Below, piece after piece: positions 1 through 11,891 of a stretch of 64,000 bases of DNA. The position numbers and the translations under genes were made by a program. How positions within the stretch are numbered: position 1 is the first letter of the stretch; every line of letters starts with the position of its first letter. The stretch is from contig MCFE01000278.1 in assembly GCA_002104905.1 (NCBI GenBank), forward strand, positions 1 through 64,000, read 5' to 3'. The DNA is from Basidiobolus meristosporus CBS 931.73 (lineage: Eukaryota; Fungi; Basidiobolomycota). A model generated the notes under the pieces. The model was not told where the DNA came from. It saw nothing but the letters and a program-made list of their open reading frames with translations, and made no database searches.

Positions 1-907
1 CGCTGTACTCCATCTGTGGCAGGGTAAAGTTTGCAATAGATAAGTGCATGTGTCTTGCAAGAAAAGCATCGCCATCGAAGCTATCATGGTAGCAGCATAG
101 ATTAAAGCGTAACACAAATAAAGTGAACAGGCACATTTGGCTTGTTTCTTGACAAATAACTAATTGAAAACGCGTGTACTACAACAAGAAATTCCAAGGC
201 AGCCTCAACTATCCCAAGCACTATCCACTCAATATCCCCAACTCTTGGCAAACAGCTAATCAATTTATTCTCGCCTGTACTGTGCTGTACACCCCATGAC
301 AGTCGTATTGTTCACCAATCAGCGACAACCCTAGGTTCTTGTAATAACAGGTTAATTTAATAAGCCTGCCCAAAGCTTGATTGTGGTGGCTGCTCTCCAG
401 TTGCGGCAGGGTCAGATCAGCAATATATTTAAGCATGTGTATAGCAAGAAAACAACACTACCAAAGGACAATACCTTCCAGGCAATGACAGGACTATCGT
501 AAGAGATACTTGCCTTAAAGATGTAACAAAGATACCAAGCTCACAGGACAAAGTACCATCCAGAAAAGCTACACTGATACAAAGGGAGTACCAAAACCCA
601 TTGAAATTGACCGAAATCACCTTGGAGCTATCGACGGTAATGTTTAGGCTCATTAGTGAACAATTACCAAAGTCCTTACCAATATGGATAGCTATTGCAA
701 AAACTGAGAGAATTGTGAATGATATTAAGGGTATCATTGACCAGATCGCCCTCATTCTTTACACTTTGAAGTGCAGCCTATACTGTGTAGCCTTGGTACG
801 AAGGGCGAAAGTAGCAAAGGTTAAATCAATCTAGCTTGCATAAAGCTAGCGCTATAAACGAAGCCTAATTGAGTGGGATCGAGGTGATATAAATCGGCAA
901 AATTTGC

Positions 908-1453
908 ATGAGACTCCACCAGCCAGTCATGCAGCTTTCCTTCCTCTTGCTAGTTTCCGCCATCGCTTCGTTGCATGCAATTTCCGCTACCCCACTCGGT
1001 GAATCCCAGGTGGGCTACACCAATGAGCCATGTGTTGGACAACAGGGTGCTTGTTATCAGGACACTTCGGCCCCCAGTCAAGAATACCAGCCATCAACTG
1101 AGGAGGGGGATGATTCGGAGATGAGTGAGCCAATGCAGACAAGCGAGACTTTGGGTGAGCAGCCAGGATTCTCTGGGTTGCAAGGGTTCGATATTTCAAA
1201 TTTACAACCATCCAAAGCCTTGTTGGACAACATCAATGGCCATTCCTCCAGTAAAGCCAATGCCCTGTCCAACTCAAACCAGTTCGACCAAGCGCAAGTC
1301 ATCGACCAAACCCTCTACCAGCCCAAGCAACAACAGCCACAAATTATCATCAATCAGCCAGCAGCGCGTGCGCTTAGAGGTGGGTACAAGAAGTACAAGA
1401 GATCTGCTCGTCGCCACTTCAAAGTTAGATATTTCAGTGGAAACAGACATTAA
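908..1453 (+). CDS. Small secreted Gln/Ser-rich protein (family member A1), possible Kex2-processed precursor
   Basis: Intact 181-aa ORF. Hydrophobic signal peptide (MQLSFLLLVSAIASLHAISA, from the second ATG at 929), PC-x6-CYQ motif, acidic/Gln-rich middle, basic tail after KKYKR. Homologous pseudogene copies lie at 9465-9960 and 5637-5705. Confidence 0.8.
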   Translation: MRLHQPVMQLSFLLLVSAIASLHAISATPLGESQVGYTNEPCVGQQGACYQDTSAPSQEYQPSTEEGDDSEMSEPMQTSETLGEQPGFSGLQGFDISNLQPSKALLDNINGHSSSKANALSNSNQFDQAQVIDQTLYQPKQQQPQIIINQPAARALRGGYKKYKRSARRHFKVRYFSGNRH

Positions 1454-1805
1454 GTCTAGTGAAAGTAAATTTACGAAATAAAATGAGCAACATATTACTC
1501 GGTATACTGATGATGTACAGTACTCAAGAATTTGCTGATATGCACACACGGAAACAGTGGCATTTATCGTTGTACACAATGACATTGTGAGTATTGAAGA
1601 GAAGTATGGGCAGCGGTGATAGAGCCATATAAATATACAGAGGCTGTCATTCCAGTGCATGTGTTTTATATGTTACAGGCTTCCTCAATAAAGTCTATAG
1701 AATGTAACAAGACTCACTTTATGCCCTCGACTTAACCTTATTATATAGCCTCCCATGCTATATAGCGGCCTATGCAACTAACTTATTTCTCAGCTATTCT
1801 TCAGC

Positions 1806-2303
1806 ATGCGCTCTACTACCGTAGCAGTGATTCTAGGCCTTGCCGCTCTTCAAGTTGCCGTTGCTGCCCCAATCGGCTGTTCTTCTCCATGCACTCGCGA
1901 GTATAGAAGGGTGCATTATCGCAGCTTACCATGTGCACAGTATGTGAGCGATTGCTACCAAAACGCTCGAGTTTTGCCTGTCGTCAAGACGACGAATGTC
2001 CAATCCCCGTTATTGCGCCAGGTTTTCACCACGGTGACCAGAAAGCGCGATAACCTGAACATTGCCAACGCCAACAGCAATAAAGGCTTCAATGTGAAGT
2101 ATCAAGCAGGACCCAGTGTCGAACTGGAGGGTGGGGCCAACGCATTAGAATATGCCAAACAAAAGGGAGCGGAGCACCTGGAAGATGGCTCTTTCTCTCC
2201 CTACGTTCTGATGCAACCCACTCAAGATGTACAATACACAGCTCCTGTGGCAGAAATGCAATGCGTAGAAGATTGTCCAGAGCAAAATGTTCAATACAAT
2301 TAG
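1806..2303 (+). CDS. Small secreted Cys-containing protein (family member B1)
   Basis: Intact 165-aa ORF. Signal peptide MRSTTVAVILGLAALQVAVAA, PC-x6-CYQ and ANANSN motifs shared with A1, TTATATAGC TATA-like element at ~1740. Four further homologous copies in the window. Confidence 0.8.
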   Translation: MRSTTVAVILGLAALQVAVAAPIGCSSPCTREYRRVHYRSLPCAQYVSDCYQNARVLPVVKTTNVQSPLLRQVFTTVTRKRDNLNIANANSNKGFNVKYQAGPSVELEGGANALEYAKQKGAEHLEDGSFSPYVLMQPTQDVQYTAPVAEMQCVEDCPEQNVQYN

Positions 2304-2708
2304 TGCGGTGACAATGCTTCAAATGTAGGTAGCTATCACCACACTATTACTGAAAATCTCCAATCAATAAAATTGAAATGACATTCTTATATTTGCTGTT
2401 ACTTGTGATTATCATTAACTGTACCTCCAGCGCTTTTTACTGGAACATTCTTGTATCATGATTAGAATTGCGGGCATCAGTATTCGATATTCGCTTACGT
2501 ACCAAAATACGGACCCTCGGTCTTTAGCAATGCTGCCTTCCACCGAAAAGTATGCTATTAGAGAGAATATTTGGTAGTGTTGCCGGATTGATCTTGGTCA
2601 CACAAACATTCGAGATTGTCAGACTGCTCAGTGACTGTTAGCATTGTGATATTTCCTCTTATGGTGACTGTAGTCATTTTTGTGCAAGCTTTAGAAATAG
2701 AATAAAAG

Positions 2709-2771
2709 TGATGAGCCTCCGAAGAGACTGCGACCTGAACGCAGCGCCTTAGACCACTCGGCTACCTCACT
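2709..2771 (-). pseudogene. tRNA-Leu(CAG) pseudogene lacking the T-arm
   Basis: Minus strand reads AGTGAGG-TA-GCCGAGTGGTCTAAGGC-GCTGCG-TT-CAG-GT-CGCAG-TCTCTTCGGAGGC-TCATCA then TTTT. D-arm, anticodon arm and long variable arm are intact; the GGTTCGAATCC T-arm/B-box is absent. Confidence 0.85.
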
Positions 2772-2780
2772 AGCTTGTAC

Positions 2781-3072
2781 TGTTACGATTTAAATCCTAC
2801 CTAGTCACTATTGGTCACTTGAACACTACTGATCAAACACCTTGAATTGCACACTGACGATCAATCACACTCGGTGATACACACATTATTTAATACATCT
2901 TGGACCCTCCTTTTGGAAGCTTGCTCTACGTTGTAGGAAGCTCTCCTCCCGAGAATATCTCTATATAAGCCCCTCTAAACACTATCAATAAAGCATCAAC
3001 TTTTCACCGGTTCATCAATCATTCAGATAACCCTCTCCGATTCTTATTGAATATTCTCCGATCCTTCTAACA
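2781..3072 (+). repeat. LTR of a degenerate Ty3/gypsy element
   Basis: TGTTACG...CTAACA ends, TATATAA at ~2963, AATAAA at ~2987, followed by gag-like sequence. A ~75-bp homologous fragment occurs at ~11222-11295. Confidence 0.7.
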
Positions 3073-4270
3073 CTAGGTAGGAAAATGAATACAAAGACCC
3101 CAAACCCTAGTAGAAGCTATGGAACTAGCAGAAAGATATGATGCTGTTCACTTCAGAAGAGCTGTTGGCCACCAAATCTACAACTCAAGAACCACTACAG
3201 ACTTCAAAACCAATAACCACACACATATTGTTGGTCAACCAAACACTGAACAAGGCTCACACTACCATCATAAACTGGAGCCTGTGGACCTAGATGCTCT
3301 GCAGAGCACACTAAGACCTTCTAAAGAGGAATGCCTCTATCTTGGACTATGCTCTTATCGGAAGGAACAGGGGCATGAAGTCAATGAATGCCCAAAGAGG
3401 CCTTACAAAGAGTGTTCCAGCTCTCTACTAAGGAGGAAGAGCACACAGTCAGCCTTGTTAAGGAGTATCAGAAGATTAAGAATTTATACACTACCCCAAA
3501 GATGCTGAAGCTCCCAGGGACTCTCAACCACAACCAGTGTGTCTCTGTATTTATTGACAGTGGAGCTACTGACATTTATACTTCAGGGGATGTTGATAAT
3601 CAGATGAAGCTACATGCAATACCTTGCCCCCAATTCACATTCTCTGTGACACCAAGGAATCTATTAGAGTACACAGCAGGACTGAACCCTTGACTGGATG
3701 GGGGACTTCCAAGACACCACATCCCCAATTATCATACCCAAAGCCACTTTACAATTAAAGTGGGACAAACTTGGCTTAGAGAGTACAATCCTGACATAAG
3801 CTGGCCAACACAGGAAGCTGTGATCAGCAAGTATGATGCACCATATCATCTGTAACCCAAACCAACCAGGGACAAAGGCAACACACCAGAACACACCATA
3901 TCAAAAAAACAGTTTGCCCACACTATCAGACAGAATCTCAAACTGTTGCACATGATAGCCTTTGCCAAAATCCAAGGGACCACAGAAGTGACAAATGACA
4001 GGTGCAAGATCTTGTAAGCAGAGTGTCAAGAGGTTTTTCCCAAGGAAATCCCTGAGCTACCCCCAAGCAGAGAGATGATCATGCCATATAAGTCACAGAT
4101 GACAAACCAAGAAACAGAACACCATATCAGCTTTCACCAAGGGAAATGGAGACTTTGAAGGAAACTCTCAAGGACTACCTTGCTAAAGGCTGAATATGAC
4201 CCAGTAAATCTCCATTGGGAGCTCCAGTACTCTATGCTTTGAAGAAGAAGGGAAAACTATGGTTCAGCAT

Positions 4271-5340
4271 TGTAGTGGGGTCTCAGTGACACCCATTGAC
4301 AGGTGTGCTCAATCCCATATTCTCTACTTCCCTATTTCTCTATTACCCTTATTTTAGTTTTATCACATTTATCTTATCTGATCTGCACTCTCCCATAAGC
4401 TGGCTGATGCAATACCTGCTTATTTATTGCATAGGTTATCTCTCACTTTATGTCAGATTACTAGATGTGAGTGCTTTTGTATTGGGCAAGTACCCTCCCC
4501 AGGGCCTGTGATATATGATTAAATTGCGTCACCATCCCTACCATTTTCATTCCATGTATGGTATCCCTATGTTGCACAGGTCAAAGAATACTGATCCTTG
4601 ATTGGTTTGGTGTGCTGTACCCTTTAGAACCTTGTGGCATCTACTTTGAACATTCTTAGCTCATTCTGATGTCATTGGGATTTCTATTGATCTCTGGAAC
4701 CTTCTGGAACACCATGATCAGTAATCCCTAAGCCAGTGAGAAAAGTACATAAAGGAGGCAGTCCCTCAACAATAAATCATCATCTCTTTTATCCATATAC
4801 AGACTTGTTGATTAGTGTGATCACTGATACCTGCTGTTACCTGAATTTCCAATCCCAGACCACAGGAAACTCCCAGGAAACCATGCTGACAGCCAACTGA
4901 CCCTGGATGCACTACTTGTGAGGAATACTTAGCATGGGTATCTTTTATTATGCTTTATTGTTTCCCAAATTTGTTCTTGTACAAGCAAATATACTTGCTG
5001 CCTTTGTAACTATTGACAACAGCCTAGCACTCTTATCAAGTCCCTGCTGGTGGAGCTTACAGTTGTTTTGACTTTGGAAGCTTTTGTACATAGTCATTTC
5101 AAAGGACACTGAACTCCGCATATACTTTTGTTAAGACACCAACTAAGTTGGGGATTTTAGCTCAATAGTTTTCCCTTGACAAGCTTGTGGGTTTATTCCC
5201 CTTCACATTAGAGTAGAAATAGAACCCAAGTCTTCCTAGCAAGCTTTTGCCAGAGGTTATTGCACCTAGTGAATACCCCACTCACAAAACACTTGAGAAG
5301 CATTGGACATATCTCTCCCTTGGACTTAAACACCACCGCA
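4271..5340 (+). mobile_element. Solo LTR, family L (~1070 bp)
   Basis: TGTAGTGGGG...CACCACCGCA with a 4-bp TSD GCAT/GGAT (one mismatch). Removing it restores the RT reading FSIDFRALN. Homologous copies at 26864-28708, 29518-29925 and 35631-36698. Confidence 0.8.
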
Positions 5341-5636
5341 GGATAGACTTCAGGGCCCTAAATGCAATGCTGCCAGAAACTCCTACCCAATACCAAGAAC
5401 TGACACCCTCTTTGACCAACTGGGAAAGGCAGATACTCTGTAAAACAGACTTGTCATCTGGATATCATCAAGTCAGAATTAAGCTTGAAGACACCTCTAA
5501 GACAGCATTCAACAATAGATGTATTCATTATGAGTTTGTTGGGATGATCTTTGGCCTAACAAATGCCCCAGTAACATCTCTGACACGCATAAATAGCATC
5601 CTGGAACCATACTTGGAGAAATTTGAGATTCACAGT

Positions 5637-5705
5637 GCGGTAAAGAAGTATAAGAAATCTGCTTGTTGCCCATTAAGGCTCAGTATTTCAGAGCAAACAG
5701 ATACT
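5637..5705 (+). pseudogene. 3' remnant of secreted-family gene A (copy A2)
   Basis: AAGAAGTATAAGAAATCTGCTTGTTGC aligns to A1 AAGAAGTACAAGAGATCTGCTCGTCGC (CGT>TGT, CGC>TGC). It sits upstream of copy B2, as A1 does of B1. Confidence 0.65.
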
Positions 5706-6038
5706 AGCATTAGTACTAACATGCTCCCAAAAATTAAGGCAAAAGCCATACAATTATATACACAGAGCTTGATCATGGCAAGTTTCATAAAATAATGGAA
5801 GAAATATGAAAGAATTGGAACTATATATATGTGTGAGGGAAATGCAGATTACTTATGGATCCCAAACGATTGTTAGGAGTGTGCATGCAGGAATGCAACA
5901 GCATAGCAATAATGTGAGTAATGACCTCATAAGTCAACAGAAGGTGGCATATAAGTTACATTATAGCAACTTGACCAGCCACACCACTTTGTATACCATA
6001 TAACAGCCCACAAGTATGTTATTTAGCTGTTTCCCTAC

Positions 6039-6500
6039 ATGCACTTTAATACTGTAGTAGTGATTCCAGACCTTGCTGCTCTTCCAGTTGCCACTGCTGC
6101 CCTAATTTGCAGTACTTCTCCCAGAACTTGCAAGTATATAAGGGTTCATCAGTGCAGTTTACCATGTGTACAAGATGCAAATGATTGCTGCCATATCAGT
6201 TGAGTTTTTCTTGTTTTTATGATGCCCAAAGTCAAATTCCCAATATTGCACCAGGCTTTGACCATGGTGACCAAAAAACACAATAACCTGAGCATTACAA
6301 ATGCCTACAGAAATAAGGGCTTCAGCATCAGGTATCAAGCAGGGCCTAGTCTCAAACTGGAGGGTGGGGCCAACTCTATTGAATATGCCAAGCAAAAGGG
6401 AGTGGAACATCCAGACAGTTGCTCTTTACATCCCTATATTCTGATGCAGTCCACCCAAGATGTAAAACACAAAACCCCTGTAGTGGGGACAGAACAATAA
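6039..6500 (+). pseudogene. Secreted-family gene B copy B2 with in-frame stop
   Basis: ATG at 6039, colinear with B1 throughout. A single in-frame TGA at 6201-6203 sits where B1 has CGA (Arg). Confidence 0.85.
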
Positions 6501-6729
6501 ATTGATAGACTAAGTGCTCCAACCTCTCTGCATCAATAAAAACTAAATTAAATGCAAACATAATGCATCTTCATAAAATTAAGCTTGATCATCACCATTG
6601 TGAAGAATGGGGCTGAAACCAGAAAAGTTTAGTCTTATAGATTGAAAAACTGCTGCCCTCATCATATCTCAACACACCTCTCCATCATAACACTTACCTC
6701 ACTAAGTTCTCTGGTATCTCAATGAACTG

Positions 6730-7690
6730 ATTTTGCTAGAGATGCCCCATGTACAACTTGGTTATTGGCATTGCCTATTGCTGAAGAGCAAATGCATTGC
6801 TTGTAGTGGAATGTTTTAGCTCCAATTGATTAGCACTATCACAAATATCTCCAGCTTTTGACTAATTCTGTATCCTGACAAATGGCTTATAGCCTGCCAG
6901 GTTTGATGCAATTGAATGCTAATTTCTGTATATTCTCTCTGTGGAAAGATGATGCTCTTAGTATTGGTGTATAGACCTCATCAATGTGCATAAATTATTG
7001 AGTAGATCCCTGGGGTCTCACACTTTCAGGAGCACCCTCATCCTTTGTGCCAGGAAATGCTGCCTATCTTGCTGTTGGCTGGGATATATCCATTGCAGAT
7101 AATAATACACACTTTGATATGAAAATCATTGATCAATATCCTGCTGAATAGCATATAAAACTCATCTAGCAAAGGTATAGCTAGGTATCCAACTTTGTCA
7201 GTGAGTGAGGTCCAGATATCTGTGGGACTACCATCCAATTTCTGCTAAGATACTACAAGATTGGTGGCAGACTAATGTTGATGAGAATCAGTGGCAAGAT
7301 GGACTTACTGGTTGAGTACTTGTTTAATGGGATTCAAACTAGTGAAAGGCAATGGTATATCATAAATACCTTTAGGGTAGCCCCTGCTTCTTAGTTATTT
7401 GCATTTTTGCCATCAAATAAACTGGGATGGCTGCCACTTCATGGATACTGGTGGACAATGAGTACTTTTGAGTGGACTCTGTATGCAAAAGATGCAGCAA
7501 CCACTTTTGCTATACACATGCTGATTCAAAGACAATGATGCACTCTTTTAGTTTCACTCACAAGAAGCACTTATTGAGATGTTGTCAGCTTTGACCTCAG
7601 CAATTACATATGCACAAGTGTCACTGTACAGTCAGTCCTCATCATATGTAGCTTTCTTGTTAACTGGTGACTATGGTATATGCATATAGT
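6730..7690 (-). mobile_element. CACTA/EnSpm TNP2-type transposase remnant
   Basis: Aligns by eye to the transposase copies at 40.3-43 kb and 22-25 kb (GD.PA.SK, YHCLSLV.IPLNKYST segments); boundaries approximate. Confidence 0.7.
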
Positions 7691-9129
7691 GTAGATCTAC
7701 TTGAATCATGTTTATCAGGCCCTATCAATATGCTTATCAGTCCAGTGTTCAATAAACTGCTGAATATTTTACATAGGTGAGGCTAAATAATGTGATAATG
7801 TAATCCATAATAGTTGAAAATACACAGGAGGGAACAGTAAAGGTAGCTTAAGCAGATGATAAGAAATACCAAAGCATTATACTAAATAACCTTAACATCA
7901 TAACTCCTAGCCCCTACATTTAATCTTATATACTAATATTTGACAAAATGAGCCATCAAGTAGAGTGACATCTATCTGCAGCTCAAGCTTCTGGGGAGCT
8001 GGTTGGTTGAAGGCTTGAGTAGCAAGTCCCTGCTGCTGATTTTGATCCATGTTGAGTATCAACACTGGCATTGGGGAATGCATAAGGCTGACAACAGAGC
8101 AATGTAAACAAAGCACACTGAAGCAGTCAGAGGTTGGAAAATCTCAGTAGATGGTCATTGGTAGCCACTAAAACAAAGTTTGATAGTCTACATAGTCTCT
8201 TGCAATTTGAAGCATGCGTAAATTTAAGCATGCAGTTATAGATTTTAATTTTTAATGCAAGAAAACCGAAATCATAATCAAATATTGTGCAATCAAAATT
8301 AGAGGCATTTTTTGTCTCGATGCTTAACAATTTTCAATGCGGAATTGGAACGATATAGATTGATATTTTGATTTGATTTTTGAATGATTGTTGGGTAACA
8401 ACAAGCTGCCAGAATGCGCAAACCGTCCTTTAGTGTACTGGGAATGTACTATATACATAGTCCTGTGAAGTACAGTTGCAAAGATACCAAGCTGCAGATG
8501 CTTATAAGGAAGAAGTTGAGAAAAATTTTCGATCGTTTAGTGGCCAAACCACATAATAGTAGAAGAGATGAAATTAACTGTGTTGTATATAGTGCTCTGG
8601 ACTTCAAACATTGACATTAAAATAATTGACTACGCAAGAACATTGCCATTCCAGTATGCACGCTTCAAACCCCTGCTTGAGAAGTCGTAATATGAGCCGA
8701 TTTGCGTGCCCCATGCCAATAACAATTTCATATGTTGCACTTATCCAGAAGTCATATTTACGGCAATTAAACTCCCAATGTTGATACATTTCTGTTACAT
8801 TTTGCTACAATTAGTACATATATATCGCTAGGTCTTACGGGCATCCTCCAGTAGGGGCACACATGTTCTCCGAATATGGTGATTGATACACAACGATGAT
8901 TGGACTTCTCTAGTTCACTCTTGCAACCAACCAAATATGGAGTGCCCCTATTCCTTTGGTGTCAGTCGCCGTGAGGTATCGTCATATGCCAATTCTTTGA
9001 GCTGATACACTATGTCTGCCGTGGATTGATAATCTATGAGATTGTGAGAGTAGGGTAGCTGTGCAAAAGCGTTTATTTGTTTTACCTACTCAATGTTCTC
9101 AGCTTAGGTTGATTTATCTGTTAGGCGCA

Positions 9130-9297
9130 ATTGTCAGCACAATGAGGGTATTGAATACTTTGTTCTTTCACGCATTGTGTCTCTACTACTAGGATAGTGT
9201 ACTGTACATCTTGGGTGGGCTGCATCAGAACGTAGGGAGAGAAAGAACTATAGTCCTTTTGCTTGGCATATTCTAATGCGTTGCCTCGACCCTCCAA
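9130..9297 (-). pseudogene. C-terminal fragment of secreted-family gene B (copy B4)
   Basis: Translates EGRGNALEYAKQKDYSSFSPYVLMQPTQDVQYT, matching B1 EGGANALEYAKQKG...SFSPYVLMQPTQDVQYT. Confidence 0.85.
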
Positions 9298-9464
9298 TTG
9301 CTATTATATATTTCATGGATTAATCAGGTCATTACTCACACAATTACTATGCTTTTTATTTTGCATTCCCTTCACTCATGCCCACAGTTTCTTATTTTTA
9401 CTCATTTCTTCCATTATTTTGTGGAACTCTCCATGATTTTCTGGAGCATACTAGTGCTAATCCT

Positions 9465-9960
9465 AGTATCTTTAAAGTGGCGACGAGCAGATCCTTTATA
9501 CTTCTTGTACCCCCCTCTAAGTGCACGCGCTACTGGCTGAGTGTTGATAATTTGTGGCAGTTGCTGCTGGGGCTGGTAGAGGGCTTGAACAATGACTTGC
9601 GCTTAATCGAACTAGTTCGAGTTGGGCAAGGCAATGGCTTTACTGGAAGAATGGCCATTGATACTATCCAACAAGGCTTGGGACGGTTGAAGATTGGAAA
9701 TATCCAACCCTTGCAACTTAGAGATTCCAGGCCGCTCACCCGAAGTCTCGCTTGTTTGCATCGACTCACTCATCTCAGAATCCTCCTCCTCCTCAATTGA
9801 CGGCTGGTATTCTTGACTAGAAGCCAGGGTGTCCTGATAGTAAGCTCACAGCTGTTCGACGCATAGCTCATCGGTGTAGGGTACCTGCGAGTCACCGGGT
9901 GGGGTAGCAGAAATTAGCAAGAGGAAGGAAAGCTACATGACTGGCTGGTGAAGTCCCATG
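9465..9960 (-). pseudogene. Inverted copy of secreted-family gene A (copy A3)
   Basis: Homologous to A1 including ~80 bp of upstream sequence (9961-10045). CAG>TAG at codon 9, a 27-bp deletion in the signal peptide, and the last 9 codons lost. Confidence 0.9.
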
Positions 9961-11471
9961 CAAATTTTCCCAATATGTATTACCCTCTGGATCCCACTCA
10001 ACTAGGCTTCGTTCATCGCACTAGCTTTACGTCGGCTAGATTAGTTTCATCTGGTTGCCACACCGGTTGCTACTTCTTAAAAAAACGACCCCCGAGCCTT
10101 ATACCTAGCTAGTGGTTCTTGTAAGTGAGACGGCGCATATACGAAATAGGAATTTGAGTTCTCCCAGGTCTTTATTCTCTTCTCAAGGCGATCCGGGGTA
10201 TCGAAAAATACATCAACCCCATTAGTTGCATAAAGAGTACGCTTTGCCACGCTACTTCTCGGTGCACCCAGGCTTTTGATAAACTCCCGGATCATCTTCA
10301 CACATTCCGCGAGCCTTACTTACTTACCAGCGGGAATGGTCTTGAGTAAAGATGAAAACACTTCACTACACGCCTTTACGTCTTTATACAGCTCCACAGA
10401 TTCGGGGGTTGCCGTAATACTGGGCTGGTTGCGGTCAAGAGGAGGCAAGCATGGAGACAACCAACAAAAGCAATCCACCTGGAAGCTTAGTCTGTCAAGC
10501 CTGTGCGCTTAAAATGCGCTTGATTCGTATGTTATTTCAGGTACATGGACCTAGTTGTCTATTATACAGTAACCATATCGCATTCTTGGATTATGTATAT
10601 AGAATATGCTCGATCACTACTTTGAAACTGTATAATTGTTTCCATTGATCCAAGCTGAAGGCTCACTTTTATGGCATATAGATATAGATTATAGCATTAA
10701 GCCATGTCTTACTCCACTTGAGCTCGGAAGCCCAAAGGATCAGTGTTCACATTTTTCCAGATGGACTTCAATACATCCGCTCTTGGAGACCAAATGTCCG
10801 GCATGAGATTCTTTTCGAAGTTGTAGGAAGTTAACCAGCTGATACTGGGCTTGACCTTAGCCAGATGCTTGCTTTTTTGAGGATGGTGCTTGTTTCAACC
10901 ATGATTGCAATAATTTCCGAAAATGAGTGAGACCACGTTTCAATTCAACGATTTTCAGTTTAATTTAGTCGGGCAAATCCGGAATTTTGTGTTAATATAC
11001 ATATATTATGTAAAGGGTTAAGGATCGTAAATTCAATTGCCATTTCTTCAAAATGAAAAAGCACTAATGGATACCACAAAGGCAATAGGTACAGATACTT
11101 CTAGGGTTCTCCTCTTCAAAACGCTTGCCTCGAGTGCTAACAGTATCTCAAGAATGTTCGATTGGTGACTTTTTTGCATGCTTGATGTGCTTTTATAATT
11201 TAAATCATAACTGGCCATTACCGATCACTTGAACACTACTGATCAACCACATCAAAATTGTACATTAACAATCAATCACTCTTGATAATAACATGGGTTG
11301 ACACCAAGATTGATCCATTAACAGTGATATAGTCATGATTACCTAGAAGTACTGCCAGTTGAATATAACAATGCAGTATATTTATCCCCTCCTACACCAC
11401 AGGCTTCAGTAGAGGGCAGAGTTGTTAAACACTGAGGCTTAGTATTTTAGTATGTAGGCAAGCATACAGTA

Positions 11472-11891
11472 CTACCACTTGCGGTTATTGTATTGACTAT
11501 TTTTCTCAGGGCAATCTTCTATGAATTACATCTCTTCTACAGGGGTTGTGTATTGTGCATCCTGTGAGGGCTGCGTCAGAACGTAGGGATATGAAGAACT
11601 CTTGTCCAAGTGTTCCGCTTCCTTTTGTTTGGCAAATTTAGATGTATCGGTCCCACCCTCAGGTTCGAGACTGGGTCCTACTTGATACTTGTTGTTGAAG
11701 CCTTTATTGCTGGTGGCGTTGGCAATGTCCAGGTTGTCGTACTTCCTGGCCACAGTGATGAAAACCTGGCGCAATAATGGGGATTGGACATTCGACGTCT
11801 TAACGACGGGTAAAACTTTAGCAGGTTGGGCGGCAATGGCAACTTGATTCGCGGCAAGGCCTAGAATCATTACTACGGTGGTAAAGCACAT
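11472..11891 (-). pseudogene. Secreted-family gene B copy B3, Cys region deleted, premature stop
   Basis: 121-aa ORF 11526-11891 homologous to B1. It stops at TAA where B1 has CAA, and homology (IEDCPEKNSQYN) continues to a TAG at 11472. Could still be expressed as a truncated protein. Confidence 0.75.

Larger units (their letters stand above)
2781..5625 (+). mobile_element. Degenerate, 3'-truncated Ty3/gypsy retrotransposon
   Basis: Gag remnant (EPVDLDA, decayed CCHC knuckle), protease VFIDSGAT, RT fragments (PELPPSR, KSPLGAPVL, IDFRALN, KTDLSSGYHQVRI, FGLTNAP). RT is split by the solo LTR at 4271-5340. Confidence 0.9.

Noticed and set aside
445-834. 130-codon open frame without ATG upstream of A1
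   Set aside because: No recognisable motif or upstream exon; unsupported.
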